From assembly GCA_044347515.1 (NCBI GenBank), contig JBIKUO010000003.1, positions 40,558 through 104,557 on the forward strand: a DNA stretch of 64,000 nucleotides. Reading direction: 5' to 3'. Numbering within the stretch: the first letter of the stretch is position 1; the number at the start of each line of letters is the position of its first letter. The notes beneath the pieces were generated by a model. That model was not told the DNA's origin. It made no database searches and worked only from the letters and a program-made list of their open reading frames with translations. Origin of the DNA: Crocinitomicaceae bacterium. Lineage in GTDB: Bacteria > Bacteroidota > Bacteroidia > Flavobacteriales_D > Crocinitomicaceae. The position numbers and the translations under genes were made by a program. Shown in pieces: positions 38,466-48,658 of this stretch.

Positions 38466-40700
38466 ATGAGTCAGTTACCCGGAGCATATAACGTCGAAGA
38501 AGAACGTATTGCGATTTTAGCAGCGTTTAAAGGCTTACTCCGTTCGGTAAAAGATCGTTCCCGCGAGGATACAAAGTTGATTCGAAAGGCTTTTGATATG
38601 GCCCTCGAAGCGCACAAAGATGATCGACGTAAATCGGGAGAGTTGTATATTTTTCATCCCATTTCAGTAGCTCGAATTTGTGCGGAGGAAATGGGGCTCG
38701 ATAGCATCGCAATTACCTGTGCCTTGTTACATGATACAGTAGAAGATACCTATATTTCACTGGATGACATTGAGGATGCGTTTGGAATTAAGGTCCGTCG
38801 AATTATTGATGGCTTAACAAAAATTCCGGATGTGTTTGATGAAAACGCTTCGGTTCAAGCGGAGAATTTCCGTAAGATGATTTTAACCATTTCGGATGAT
38901 TTCAGGGTGGTGCTGATTAAATTGGCGGACCGTTTGCACAACATGCGGACCTTGTCCAGCATGAAACCGGATAAGCAACTTAAAATTGCATCCGAGACTC
39001 GGTTTTTATATGCTCCTTTAGCGCATCGTTTTGGTTTTTATAGAGTAAAGACAGAGCTTGAAGATTTGTCCATGAAATATTGTGAGCCAGAAATCTTCAA
39101 TGAAATTGAAACGAAGTTGAAATCTACGCAAGATGTTCGCGCGCGTTTCATTCGCCGGTTTATGTCTCCGATAAAGGATGAACTTCTAAAGCAAGGGTAT
39201 CATTTCGATATTAAAGCGCGTACCAAGTCGATTTCTTCGATTTGGCGGAAAATGCAAACCAAAGAAATTCCATTTGAGGAAGTGTTTGATGTGTTCGCCA
39301 TTCGAATTATTGTTGAAACCTCTCAAGAGCAAGAGAAGTCTGATTGTTGGAGAATTTACAGCATCGTTACAGATTTCTATCAACCAAGTCCGGAGCGCTT
39401 AAGGGACTGGATTTCTACACCTCGAGCGAACGGATATGAATCGTTGCATACCACGGTGATGTCACCCCAGGGAAAATGGGTTGAAGTTCAAATCCGATCG
39501 AAACGCATGGATGAAATTGCGGAAAAAGGACTTGCAGCACATTACAAATACAAAGAATCAAAAAACGATGAGAGTAAATTTGATCGTTGGATTGCTGAAG
39601 TGCGTGATTTATTAGATAATCCCGATTCGAATGCCCTTGATTTTATTAATGAGTTTAAGTTGAATTTATTCAACGATGAAATCTATGTATTTACCCCAAA
39701 AGGAGAGCTGCGGGTTTTGCCAACGCGTTCCACGATTTTGGATTTTGCTTATGATATTCACACAGACATCGGGGATAAGTGCATCGGAGCGAAAGTCAAT
39801 AACCGCTTAATGCCCTTGAGCTATGAATTGCAAAATGGAGACCAATTAGAAATTATAACCTCGAGTAAACAAAAGCCTAATGAGGAATGGCTCAAGTTTG
39901 TTGTTTCTGCGCGCGCTCGTCAAAAAATCAAGTCTTCCTTAAATGAAGAACGAAAGCTAATTGCCCAAGACGGTAAGGAAACCCTTGAACGAAAGTTGAA
40001 GCAATTTAACGTATTAATGAATTCTGAAAATATTACGTTTTTGGAAAAGTTTTATGGGGTAGGGAGCGCCACAGATTTATATTATCGAATCGCGAAAGGA
40101 AAAATTGATATCAATAAGATTCGCGAGATTGAAGATAAACATGGCTTCTTGCAGAGCTCCAAGAAAGATACCGTTGTAGTCAAGAAAGGACGTAAAGGAA
40201 TAGAGGCGCAGCGGGTGGTTGATGCTAAAAAGGATGTTATCTACATTGGCGAGGATTTCAAAGGCATTGAATATCAAATGTCAAACTGCTGTAATCCAAT
40301 CCCTGGGGATAAGGTATTTGGTTTCATAACGATTAATCAAGGGATAAAAATCCATCGGTCAGATTGTCCGAATGCCGTGCATTTAATGTCTAAGTATGCC
40401 TATCGCTGCGTAAAAGCCATTTGGAAATCGGAGGTATTGGTAGAACGATTAGCTGCCATACGAATTATTGGAATCGACCAGATCGGTTTGGTGAATCGAC
40501 TTACCGAAATTATTTCTAAGGAGAATAAAGTAAACATGAAGAGTATTCACTTTGAAACCAATGACGGTACCTTCGAAGGAAAGATTCATGTCATGGTTTA
40601 CGATACTGAACATTTAGATCAATTAACACGCAAGTTTCAAGAAATCGAAGGGGTTCAGCGTGTTACTCGCTGGGATTCTGAAGATGAGGCGCTAATCTAG
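38466..40700 (+). CDS. Bifunctional (p)ppGpp synthetase/hydrolase (RelA/SpoT homolog)
   Basis: HD hydrolase motif (HPISVA...LLHDTVEDT), a synthetase domain (RTKSISSIWRKM...YESLHT), and TGS and ACT-like C-terminal domains. Confidence 0.92.
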   Translation: MSQLPGAYNVEEERIAILAAFKGLLRSVKDRSREDTKLIRKAFDMALEAHKDDRRKSGELYIFHPISVARICAEEMGLDSIAITCALLHDTVEDTYISLDDIEDAFGIKVRRIIDGLTKIPDVFDENASVQAENFRKMILTISDDFRVVLIKLADRLHNMRTLSSMKPDKQLKIASETRFLYAPLAHRFGFYRVKTELEDLSMKYCEPEIFNEIETKLKSTQDVRARFIRRFMSPIKDELLKQGYHFDIKARTKSISSIWRKMQTKEIPFEEVFDVFAIRIIVETSQEQEKSDCWRIYSIVTDFYQPSPERLRDWISTPRANGYESLHTTVMSPQGKWVEVQIRSKRMDEIAEKGLAAHYKYKESKNDESKFDRWIAEVRDLLDNPDSNALDFINEFKLNLFNDEIYVFTPKGELRVLPTRSTILDFAYDIHTDIGDKCIGAKVNNRLMPLSYELQNGDQLEIITSSKQKPNEEWLKFVVSARARQKIKSSLNEERKLIAQDGKETLERKLKQFNVLMNSENITFLEKFYGVGSATDLYYRIAKGKIDINKIREIEDKHGFLQSSKKDTVVVKKGRKGIEAQRVVDAKKDVIYIGEDFKGIEYQMSNCCNPIPGDKVFGFITINQGIKIHRSDCPNAVHLMSKYAYRCVKAIWKSEVLVERLAAIRIIGIDQIGLVNRLTEIISKENKVNMKSIHFETNDGTFEGKIHVMVYDTEHLDQLTRKFQEIEGVQRVTRWDSEDEALI

Positions 40701-42212
40701 GGTTGTATGCACCATCTCATATGGATTTCTAGGCCGTAGCATTGGATTCCATGCGAAGTTTTTGATGAAACGCTCCTTATCTTCTATTTGCTCCATTGGA
40801 AAAAATACACCATCAGGCTTATCGAAAAAGGTAATTCGCGTAACCTCGCCGCTATCTAAATAAACGATTAATTCAGAAGCAAATAATCGATTTAAGCCCT
40901 TTCGTTTACGAGTTAAAACCGTGTCAATCTTCTGTTCTTCTATGGGATAGAAAATGGTCCAAGCCTGACCGCTAACTTTTGCTTTGGTGAGGACGCTTTC
41001 ATTAAACCATGCATCGATTCGTTTTCCAGAGAGCTGGTTGTAACAGGAACCCGTATCAACCTTCATGATCGAACTTGCATTTCCTAATATTTGTGCTTTT
41101 TCAAGCACGCTGTCCGCTAGAAACACACGAATGGAATCTCCTTTTAATTCACTGTTTTGTGACCAAAGTATCGGATGTTGGAATAAATCAATTCTCCCGA
41201 TTTTACTGCTATAGTGAGCAGAATCACAAATGGCTTGTGCTTTATTCGTATAGATTTTAACCCCTTTGGATCCATAGATGTTCCGCTCGTCGAGGCTGTC
41301 TTTTTGCATGCGAATGGTATCGGCGTGTAGGAACAAGGAATCTTTTTGTCTGGTTTCTATTACGAGCGCATGGCCGGCTAAGGTGCTTTGAGAAACATTG
41401 TTTTGTGTGTGAAAATAGTCGCCCAATAAGATTAAATGTTGGTTGTTTTCGTAAATACGAACATGGCCATTTCCTTTGAATAGTTGATTGGTTTCTTTGT
41501 AGAATGCTGTGTCACAATAAATCGTTCGGTCTTTTTGCTTGATAAAAACGTTTTTTCTTAAGAGTCCTTCTTGAATATCAACCCTGTATTGACCTTTCTC
41601 ACACTGGATTTCTATGCTGTCGTTTTTTATCGTAGTAGGTCCATGAAAGTATGTAGTTTGTTTTTCATAGATGAATTGTAGGGTATCCGTAGTCATGGTC
41701 AGACGCTGTTTCTTATACTTTACCTTTCCACTAAAGAAACAGGTGCCGGTGCTAGGGTAGAAGTAGCCTAATTTACTTGTGATTACTTCTTTGTTCGTGC
41801 TGTTCTCAATTTTACCATAATTTCTATAAATGGCGCGACCAGTTTTTGCATTGTACTCGAGTGAATCTGACGTTAATTTATATTCTGAATCACGTACATT
41901 GACATGACCCCAAAGTCTTGCGACTTTTGTGCTTCCTGAATAGACTAAGGAGTCGCAGTAAAGATTTACATCATCCTTTGTAATGTGAACCCTTCCGTAT
42001 GCTCGAACAATTTTATCCTTTTCTCGATAATGTGCAGAATCACAATAAATGGTATTGCCTTGGTAAATAAAGCTAACCGTTCCTACCAGGCGATGTGTTT
42101 GAGTGGCTTTATTAAAATAAATCTTTTCTGAACCAGGCAGAAGTTCAAGCTTACCCTGTGAAAACAACACATTTAATGCGAAAACAAAGCCGATTAACAG
42201 GGTGAAACGCAC
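40692..42212 (-). CDS. OstA-like (LptA/LptD N-terminal fold) repeat protein
   Basis: Signal peptide plus at least four recurrences of the x-YCDSAxY/ LYCDSLVY / IYCDTAFY / AICDSAHY motif, characteristic of tandem OstA-like beta-jellyroll units. Confidence 0.65.
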   Translation of the reverse strand: MRFTLLIGFVFALNVLFSQGKLELLPGSEKIYFNKATQTHRLVGTVSFIYQGNTIYCDSAHYREKDKIVRAYGRVHITKDDVNLYCDSLVYSGSTKVARLWGHVNVRDSEYKLTSDSLEYNAKTGRAIYRNYGKIENSTNKEVITSKLGYFYPSTGTCFFSGKVKYKKQRLTMTTDTLQFIYEKQTTYFHGPTTIKNDSIEIQCEKGQYRVDIQEGLLRKNVFIKQKDRTIYCDTAFYKETNQLFKGNGHVRIYENNQHLILLGDYFHTQNNVSQSTLAGHALVIETRQKDSLFLHADTIRMQKDSLDERNIYGSKGVKIYTNKAQAICDSAHYSSKIGRIDLFQHPILWSQNSELKGDSIRVFLADSVLEKAQILGNASSIMKVDTGSCYNQLSGKRIDAWFNESVLTKAKVSGQAWTIFYPIEEQKIDTVLTRKRKGLNRLFASELIVYLDSGEVTRITFFDKPDGVFFPMEQIEDKERFIKNFAWNPMLRPRNPYEMVHTTLD

Positions 42213-42226
42213 GAGATTCTATGGGA

Positions 42227-43495
42227 TTATTTTAAGAGCGTTTGAGCTCGGTCTGGACCTACCGAAACCATTCGAATTGGCACTTCCAGTTGTTTTTCTA
42301 AATAATTCACATAGGTTTTTAGTGCCTCAGGCGCATCATCATAGGATGTTAATTGAGTCAGGTCTGTTTTCCATCCTTCCATTTGTGTTAAGATGGGTTT
42401 GATTTCTAAATCACTTACATCATAAGGGAATTCGGTTACCGTTTCTCCATTGATTTCATATCCTTCACAAATCATGATGTGATCAAAAATCCCTAATACA
42501 TCAGCTTTCATCATGCACAATTCCGTTACCCCATTAATCATGATGGCATACTTCAATTGTACTAAATCTAACCAACCACAACGACGTGGTCTACCCGTGG
42601 TAGCGCCAAATTCGTGTCCTTCTTTTCGCATCAACTCCCCGGTCTCATTATCCAATTCGCTCGGAAATGGTCCGCTCCCCACACGGGTGCAATACGCTTT
42701 GAAAATTCCAATTACCTTTCCAATCGCTGATGGAGGAACACCTAAGCCGGTGCAAGTTCCTGCAGTAACGGTATTCGATGAAGTTACAAAAGGATAGGTA
42801 CCGAAATCAATATCAAGCATGGTTCCTTGTGCGCCTTCAGCTAAAATGCGTTGATTGTTTTTTAATGCCCGATTCAGATAATGGTCACTTTCAATGCATG
42901 TTAATTCTTTTAGGCGTTCGATTTGCTTAAACCACGCAGCCTCCATTTCTGTAAGATCATAGGTGAATCCTTCATAATGGTCAAGTAAATTCAGGTGTTT
43001 TTGCTTTAATTCCTCATATTTCGCTTTGAAATTAGGGGAAAACAAATCGCCAACTCGCAAACCGTTACGACCCGTTTTATCCATGTAGGTCGGACCGATG
43101 CCTTTAAGGGTTGAACCAATTTTATTTAAACCTTTTGCTTGCTCAGACGCAGCGTCAAGTAAACGGTGTGAAGGCAAAATTAAATGGGCTTTTTTCGAAA
43201 TTAACAAACGACTCTTTAGGTCGATATTGAAAGGAGTTAATTTATCAAGCTCCCCCGCAAATACGATTGGGTCTATGACTACGCCATTTCCAATAACATT
43301 TAACGCCTCAGGTCTAAAAATCCCGGAAGGAACCGTATGTAGTACATGCTTAATCCCTTCGAATTCCAAGGTATGACCAGCGTTTGGCCCTCCTTGAAAA
43401 CGAGCAATGATATCATATGTTGGGGTTAATACGTCAACTACTTTACCTTTTCCTTCATCTCCCCATTGAAGGCCTAACAGCACATCCACTTTCAT
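42227..43495 (-). CDS. purA: Adenylosuccinate synthase
   Basis: LGLQWGDEGKGK P-loop, GPNAGHT, TTGRPRRCGWLD. Confidence 0.95.
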   Translation of the reverse strand: MKVDVLLGLQWGDEGKGKVVDVLTPTYDIIARFQGGPNAGHTLEFEGIKHVLHTVPSGIFRPEALNVIGNGVVIDPIVFAGELDKLTPFNIDLKSRLLISKKAHLILPSHRLLDAASEQAKGLNKIGSTLKGIGPTYMDKTGRNGLRVGDLFSPNFKAKYEELKQKHLNLLDHYEGFTYDLTEMEAAWFKQIERLKELTCIESDHYLNRALKNNQRILAEGAQGTMLDIDFGTYPFVTSSNTVTAGTCTGLGVPPSAIGKVIGIFKAYCTRVGSGPFPSELDNETGELMRKEGHEFGATTGRPRRCGWLDLVQLKYAIMINGVTELCMMKADVLGIFDHIMICEGYEINGETVTEFPYDVSDLEIKPILTQMEGWKTDLTQLTSYDDAPEALKTYVNYLEKQLEVPIRMVSVGPDRAQTLLK

Positions 43496-43497
43496 AA

Positions 43498-43833
43498 TTA
43501 TTGATTAAAATGATTAGTTGCATCTTCGATGGTCTCATAAATTGCGAACACCTCATGCATTTTAGTTATATCAAATAGTTTTTTAAGGTTAGAATTAACT
43601 TGGGCAATCACTGCATCGCCACCGTTAACACGCGACCTGGTTAAGATTCTCACCATAAACGCAATCCCACTGGAATTTACATGGGTGAGGTCTTTTAAGT
43701 CTAGAATAATATTCCAGTTCTGTAATTTTTCGATTTCCGTAGATACTGCTTTTAAATCCGCATCGGAAAGTAATTTTCCTTCTAAGGTAATGCAGGTGGT
43801 GTTCTCACCGTTCGAAATGAAATAATCAATCAT
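43498..43833 (-). CDS. STAS domain protein (anti-sigma-factor antagonist-like)
   Basis: 111 aa. The pattern [18 protein letters not shown] matches the STAS phosphorylatable-Ser loop region. Confidence 0.65.
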   Translation of the reverse strand: MIDYFISNGENTTCITLEGKLLSDADLKAVSTEIEKLQNWNIILDLKDLTHVNSSGIAFMVRILTRSRVNGGDAVIAQVNSNLKKLFDITKMHEVFAIYETIEDATNHFNQ

Positions 43834-44278
43834 TTTCTTTGTTTTTAATTCCGTAAAAATAGAGCGAATGGTGTTGGATCTCTACCCCAAAAATATCTTC
43901 AATGGTTGCCTTGATTTGTTGTATCCTGGGATCACAAAACTCAATAACTTCGCCCGAATCAGTCAAGATAATATGGTCGTGCTGTTTTGACCCATGTGCC
44001 TTTTCATATTGCGCCATCGTTTTTCCGAATTGGTGTTTACGTACCAGGTTACAGGCCAACAGTAATTCAATCGTATTGTAAAGTGTCGCTCTTGATACAC
44101 GGTAATTGTCCGCTTTCATTTTAAAATATAAGGTCTCAATATCAAAATGCCCTTCATAGGTATAAATTTCATTGAGTATCGCGAATCGTTCAGGGGTCTT
44201 TCTGTGACCATTCTGTTCTAAATACGCGGCGAAAATTCCTTTTACTTTCTCTGGTAATTCCAAGGTAGACAAATTCAA
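43826..44278 (-). CDS. Fur family transcriptional regulator
   Basis: Winged-helix N-terminus ([13 protein letters not shown]...[13 protein letters not shown]) and C-terminal His/Cys metal sites (H-x-H, C). TTG start. Confidence 0.8.
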   Translation of the reverse strand: MNLSTLELPEKVKGIFAAYLEQNGHRKTPERFAILNEIYTYEGHFDIETLYFKMKADNYRVSRATLYNTIELLLACNLVRKHQFGKTMAQYEKAHGSKQHDHIILTDSGEVIEFCDPRIQQIKATIEDIFGVEIQHHSLYFYGIKNKEND

Positions 44279-44380
44279 GTAGCAAATTTACTTTTTATTT
44301 GATTCTAATTCATTCGCAAAATCGTTGATTTTTTAGAGGTTTTGAACACTTTTTCAACGCTTTTTATATGGATTTCTATG

Positions 44381-44388
44381 TACCTTTG
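44381..44388 (+). promoter_or_regulatory. Bacteroidota -7 promoter box (TACCTTTG), 4 nt before ATG 44393
   Basis: Exact TAnnTTTG match. It argues for the internal ATG and an essentially leaderless transcript. Confidence 0.45.
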
Positions 44389-44392
44389 CGAC

Positions 44393-45136
44393 ATGTTAAA
44401 TCAAAAACGCATTTGCATTGTGCTTCCGGCGTATAATGCCGCAGAGACCCTCGAAATGACCTACAACGAGATTCCATTTGACATTGTAGATGAAGTGGTT
44501 TTAGTGGATGATGCCAGCAGAGACCATACCTCTGAATTAGCTAAAAAATTAGGGATTCAGCATGTAATTCGTCATGAACGCAATCGGGGCTACGGTGGTA
44601 ATCAGAAATCCTGCTATCGAAAGGCGCTTGAACTCGATGCGGATATCGTTATCATGCTTCACCCAGATTATCAATACACGCCAAAATTGATTCATTCTAT
44701 CGCGGCAATTATTGCCTTTGATGTTTATCCTGTTGTACTTGGTTCACGAATTTTAGGAAAGGGAGCGCTCAAGGGGGGCATGCCCATGTATAAGTACATT
44801 GCAAATCGCTTTTTAACCCTTGGTCAAAACATCCTCATGAGTCAGAAGCTCTCTGAATATCATTCTGGATATCGTGCATTCGCTAAAGAGGTTTTCTCGA
44901 AAATCGATATCGAATTGAATTCGGATGACTTTATCTTTGATAATCAAATGTTAGCGCAGTTGTTTTATGCAGGATACGAAATAGGCGAAGTAACGTGTCC
45001 AACCAAGTATTTTGAAGAAGCCTCATCCATCAATTTTTCACGCTCCATGAAATATGGTTTCGGTGTGATTGGCGTGAGTATCGGATATCGATTAGCGAAA
45101 TGGGGGCTTTATACCCCAAAAATTTATAAGAATTAA
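44393..45136 (+). CDS. Glycosyltransferase family 2 (polyprenyl-phosphate sugar synthase-like)
   Basis: ICIVLPAYNAAETL, a DDASRD motif and a DxD-like HPDYQ region. Start chosen from the promoter box. Confidence 0.8.
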   Translation: MLNQKRICIVLPAYNAAETLEMTYNEIPFDIVDEVVLVDDASRDHTSELAKKLGIQHVIRHERNRGYGGNQKSCYRKALELDADIVIMLHPDYQYTPKLIHSIAAIIAFDVYPVVLGSRILGKGALKGGMPMYKYIANRFLTLGQNILMSQKLSEYHSGYRAFAKEVFSKIDIELNSDDFIFDNQMLAQLFYAGYEIGEVTCPTKYFEEASSINFSRSMKYGFGVIGVSIGYRLAKWGLYTPKIYKN

Positions 45137-45147
45137 ATCATAGCTTT

Positions 45148-46830
45148 ATGTCAGACGATAAGAAAATTATTTTCTCCATGGTGGGCGTGTCTAAGTCAAC
45201 CCCACAAGGAAAACAAATCATTAAAAATATATATCTCAGTTTTTTCTATGGTGCCAAAATCGGTATCATTGGATTGAACGGTGCAGGAAAATCTACCGTA
45301 ATGAAAATTATTGCGGGCCTCGATCAATCTTACCAAGGAGATGTTGTATTCTCCCAGGGGTATAGCGTCGGGTATCTTCCACAGGAACCTGAGTTGGACC
45401 CCAATAAAACGGTAAAGGAAATTGTACTTGAGGGTGCAAAAGAAATTGTTGATGTGCTTAAGGAGTATGAAGACATTAATAATGCCTTCATGGATGAAGA
45501 AGTGATGAATGATCCAGATAAAATGGATAAGTTAATCGCTCGTCAAGGTGAAGTTCAAGATAAGATTGATGCGCTTGATGCATGGGAATTGGATAATAAA
45601 ATTGAACGTGCTATGGATGCCTTGCGCTGTCCACCCGATGACCAAGAAATCGCTTCACTTTCTGGTGGAGAAAAACGTCGCGTAGCGCTATGTCGCCTCT
45701 TGCTTCAAAATCCGGATGTACTCTTGTTAGATGAGCCAACTAACCACTTGGATGCGGAATCAATTGATTGGTTAGAACAACATTTACAACAATATCAAGG
45801 TACTGTCATTGCGGTAACCCACGACCGATATTTCTTGGATAACGTAGCGGGTTGGATTCTGGAATTGGATCGGGGGGAGGGGATTCCATGGAAAGGAAAC
45901 TACAGCTCATGGCTTGAACAGAAAGGGAAACGATTAAAAGAGGAGGAAAAGACCGAATCTAAGCGTCAACGTATGCTTGCGCAAGAATTAGAATGGGTTC
46001 GGATGAATCCAAAAGCACGTCAGGCAAAATCGAAAGCTAGGCTTCAGAATTATGAAAAGATGCTCTCCGAAGACGGCAAAGAAAAAGAAGCAACACTCGA
46101 GATTCCGATCCCGAATGGTCCGCGCCTTGGGAACAATGTGATTGAAGCGATCCATGTTGGTAAGAGCTTTGGAGATAAATTGCTATACGATGATTTGAAT
46201 TTTTCCCTGCCGCCAGCTGGAATTGTTGGAATCATTGGACCAAATGGTGCAGGAAAAACAACCATATTCAAAATGATTATGGAAGAACTCATGCCCGATA
46301 GTGGAGAGTTTAAAGTAGGAGAAACTGTAAAGTTGGGGTATGTCGATCAGAACCATAAATCCTTAGATCCAAATAAATCGGTGTATGACGTCGTTTCGAA
46401 TGGTCTTGAATTTATTGAAATTGGTAATCAAAAAATCAACGCCAGAGCGTACCTTTCAAAGTTCAATTTTAACGGTTCAGATCAAAATAAAAAAGTTGGT
46501 GTACTTTCCGGTGGGGAACGAAATCGATTGCATTTGGCGATGACCTTAATGATTGAAGCCAACGTATTATTACTAGATGAGCCAACGAATGATATTGACG
46601 TGAATACCTTGCGCGCACTAGAAGAAGGCATCGAGCGCTTTGCGGGATGTGCGGTGGTTATTTCTCACGACCGTTGGTTCTTAGATCGTATTTGTACACA
46701 CATCCTAGCCTTTGAAGGAGATTCTCAGGTGTATTGGTTCGAAGGTTCCTACTCTGAATACGAGGAAAACAAGAAGAAACGTTTGGGTGATAGTGGCCCG
46801 AAACGAATCAAGTACCGAAAAATAATGTAA
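45148..46830 (+). CDS. ettA: Energy-dependent translational throttle protein EttA (ABC-F)
   Basis: Two ABC cassettes (GLNGAGKST / GPNGAGKTT, LSGGEKRR / LSGGERNR). The 560-aa length and EttA-type N-terminus MSDDKKIIFSM fit. Confidence 0.93.
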   Translation: MSDDKKIIFSMVGVSKSTPQGKQIIKNIYLSFFYGAKIGIIGLNGAGKSTVMKIIAGLDQSYQGDVVFSQGYSVGYLPQEPELDPNKTVKEIVLEGAKEIVDVLKEYEDINNAFMDEEVMNDPDKMDKLIARQGEVQDKIDALDAWELDNKIERAMDALRCPPDDQEIASLSGGEKRRVALCRLLLQNPDVLLLDEPTNHLDAESIDWLEQHLQQYQGTVIAVTHDRYFLDNVAGWILELDRGEGIPWKGNYSSWLEQKGKRLKEEEKTESKRQRMLAQELEWVRMNPKARQAKSKARLQNYEKMLSEDGKEKEATLEIPIPNGPRLGNNVIEAIHVGKSFGDKLLYDDLNFSLPPAGIVGIIGPNGAGKTTIFKMIMEELMPDSGEFKVGETVKLGYVDQNHKSLDPNKSVYDVVSNGLEFIEIGNQKINARAYLSKFNFNGSDQNKKVGVLSGGERNRLHLAMTLMIEANVLLLDEPTNDIDVNTLRALEEGIERFAGCAVVISHDRWFLDRICTHILAFEGDSQVYWFEGSYSEYEENKKKRLGDSGPKRIKYRKIM

Positions 46831-47568
46831 TTATTTAAGGCTTTTAATATATTTCCATACTAAGGATTCTACCTCATTGTGCTTTTTAATCTTTAAATAG
46901 GCTTGGGGCGTGTGGCTAACTCGTTCTTTAAAAATCACCGAATAAAAACTACAGGCGGCTGCATAGGATCCTAATGGACTTGGATGCCCATTGTCAGGTT
47001 TATACAATGTTTTAATGTGATGCTTGAAATAAAGTTTTTCAAATACTAAGCCCACCGGTGATAGTAAGGCATCGAAATCGATGGCAAGCGCTTTGTATTT
47101 TGCCGAGATTCTTCGAATCATTTTGTAATGCGTATTGGAGTAAGCAAATTTCGGATACCCTTTTTTATAGGCCCAAGTCATAAAAAAAACAAGTTTAGTT
47201 TTGTTGTTATTTCGTTTTATTGTCGAAACAATTTTATTCAATCCTGGCAAGGTTTTCTCATAGTAAGTTATACTATCTTTTAACATATCTCTACTCGAGC
47301 CTTGCAGTACCACGTAATCCCATTTCTTCCATTGGATGGCCTGATACACTTTCTTTCGCAAAGAGTGTCGGTAGAACGAGGTTTTTCCTTTAACACACCA
47401 ATTTACTTCCACCTGCTTTCCATTTGCCTTGGCGATTTTCATGAACATGCGCGGCATGTGATTTCGGTAGGTATAGGAATTACCTATGAATAATATGCGT
47501 ATAGGCTCTTCCGCGAAGCCCTGGCTTGAAACTAAGATTAATAGAAGAAATATAAGGATGCGATTCAT
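46831..47568 (-). CDS. SGNH-hydrolase-like secreted protein (DUF4886-like)
   Basis: Signal peptide, then RILFIGNSYTY, the SGNH/DUF4886 block I-like motif. Last gene of the sulfotransferase operon. Confidence 0.6.
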   Translation of the reverse strand: MNRILIFLLLILVSSQGFAEEPIRILFIGNSYTYRNHMPRMFMKIAKANGKQVEVNWCVKGKTSFYRHSLRKKVYQAIQWKKWDYVVLQGSSRDMLKDSITYYEKTLPGLNKIVSTIKRNNNKTKLVFFMTWAYKKGYPKFAYSNTHYKMIRRISAKYKALAIDFDALLSPVGLVFEKLYFKHHIKTLYKPDNGHPSPLGSYAAACSFYSVIFKERVSHTPQAYLKIKKHNEVESLVWKYIKSLK

Positions 47569-47608
47569 AAGTACATTAACAATACGAATGTAATAAAAGT
47601 TCTAAAAC

Positions 47609-48658
47609 TTACGGAGCGTATTCCTTTTTCCTTCGTCTAATAATGCATTTTAACTTGAGTGGCACGAGTCGATATGCTCTCCATAAATACGGACGGAATA
47701 ACAGTGCGAGTATTCGGTAAAAGGTCCAGCTTAAACGATCCCAAAGATTAAGTGTTATTGCGGTTGATGGGGTAGTATATCCAAGCTTTTTACTTGTTTC
47801 GCTCGTTTGTTTTAGAATGACCGCTTGATGTTTTTCAGACAAGGGTTTGGCAGTTTGTTGTTTTGAGCGAGGAGATGTATCTAATATTCCTCGGTGAAAA
47901 TCGCTAATTTTTTCAATGTATTGAGGAGACAGTAAATGCTTGCGATGTGCTATTAATGCGCTAAATCCTATTTGATAATTCAATTGTGAAGATTCAAATG
48001 AAACGCCCCAAATGGTATTCAAGGTCCTCAGTGCGGATTCAGGGTTGGAAATGAACGTTTCAAAGGGTAAGATTTGAATGCTTGGAAAACCTAAGGCCTC
48101 ATCGTAGGTAAGTTTCCAAACATTACTCAAATAATAGGGGTGACTAAAAAAATCAATGCCTCTTCGACTTTTCGCTTCAATATTCGCTAAAACGTTTCGT
48201 GTTAAAATCAAAAATGAAGCATTGGGAAATAATCGCGTAATTTCTTCTTTATGAAATACATATTTCATCTGCTTGTCAAGAATAACCTTGATGGAATCCT
48301 TGTTTTTGATGTCGCAATCGTAGAAATTTAAATAAGTTAACTTAATTAATCGATCATAGTTCAAGACAGATGCATGGTCCAACAGGCATTGAGCAAAACG
48401 CTCTTTGTGCTCAAAATACAAGGCGGCATTCTTTTCAAAAAGGCTAAAGAAGTCATCCACATAGGCCTTAATTTGACTTTCATTCCAGTCGCTTATTTTT
48501 CCGTACTTACCTGAAAAATATAAGGCAAAGGGTTCTTCGGACGCAACAATCAATGAAGAATTCATATTCAACATGGTCGCAAGCAAAGAGGAACCCGTAC
48601 GTTCCGTACAAAGTATAAAATGAATGGGTATGGAATCTAATTCGTCGCTACGCCACAT
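47609..48658 (-). CDS. Sulfotransferase family protein (copy 3)
   Basis: PAPS 5-prime-phosphosulfate-binding loop CTERTGSSLL near the N-terminus. The ORF opens on TTG at 48700. ATG 48658 overlaps the upstream stop by 11 nt. Confidence 0.7.
   Translation of the reverse strand: MWRSDELDSIPIHFILCTERTGSSLLATMLNMNSSLIVASEEPFALYFSGKYGKISDWNESQIKAYVDDFFSLFEKNAALYFEHKERFAQCLLDHASVLNYDRLIKLTYLNFYDCDIKNKDSIKVILDKQMKYVFHKEEITRLFPNASFLILTRNVLANIEAKSRRGIDFFSHPYYLSNVWKLTYDEALGFPSIQILPFETFISNPESALRTLNTIWGVSFESSQLNYQIGFSALIAHRKHLLSPQYIEKISDFHRGILDTSPRSKQQTAKPLSEKHQAVILKQTSETSKKLGYTTPSTAITLNLWDRLSWTFYRILALLFRPYLWRAYRLVPLKLKCIIRRRKKEYAP

Noticed and set aside
43498-43833. Orphan STAS protein as part of a partner-switching module
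   Set aside because: No RsbW-type kinase, PP2C phosphatase or sigma factor lies nearby. It sits between fur and purA in an apparently ordinary housekeeping string.
46828-46833. Back-to-back stop codons of ettA and the SGNH-like gene with zero intergenic distance and no terminator
   Set aside because: It was noted as a curiosity of tight packing. No hairpin could be found, and convergent read-through cannot be assessed from sequence alone.
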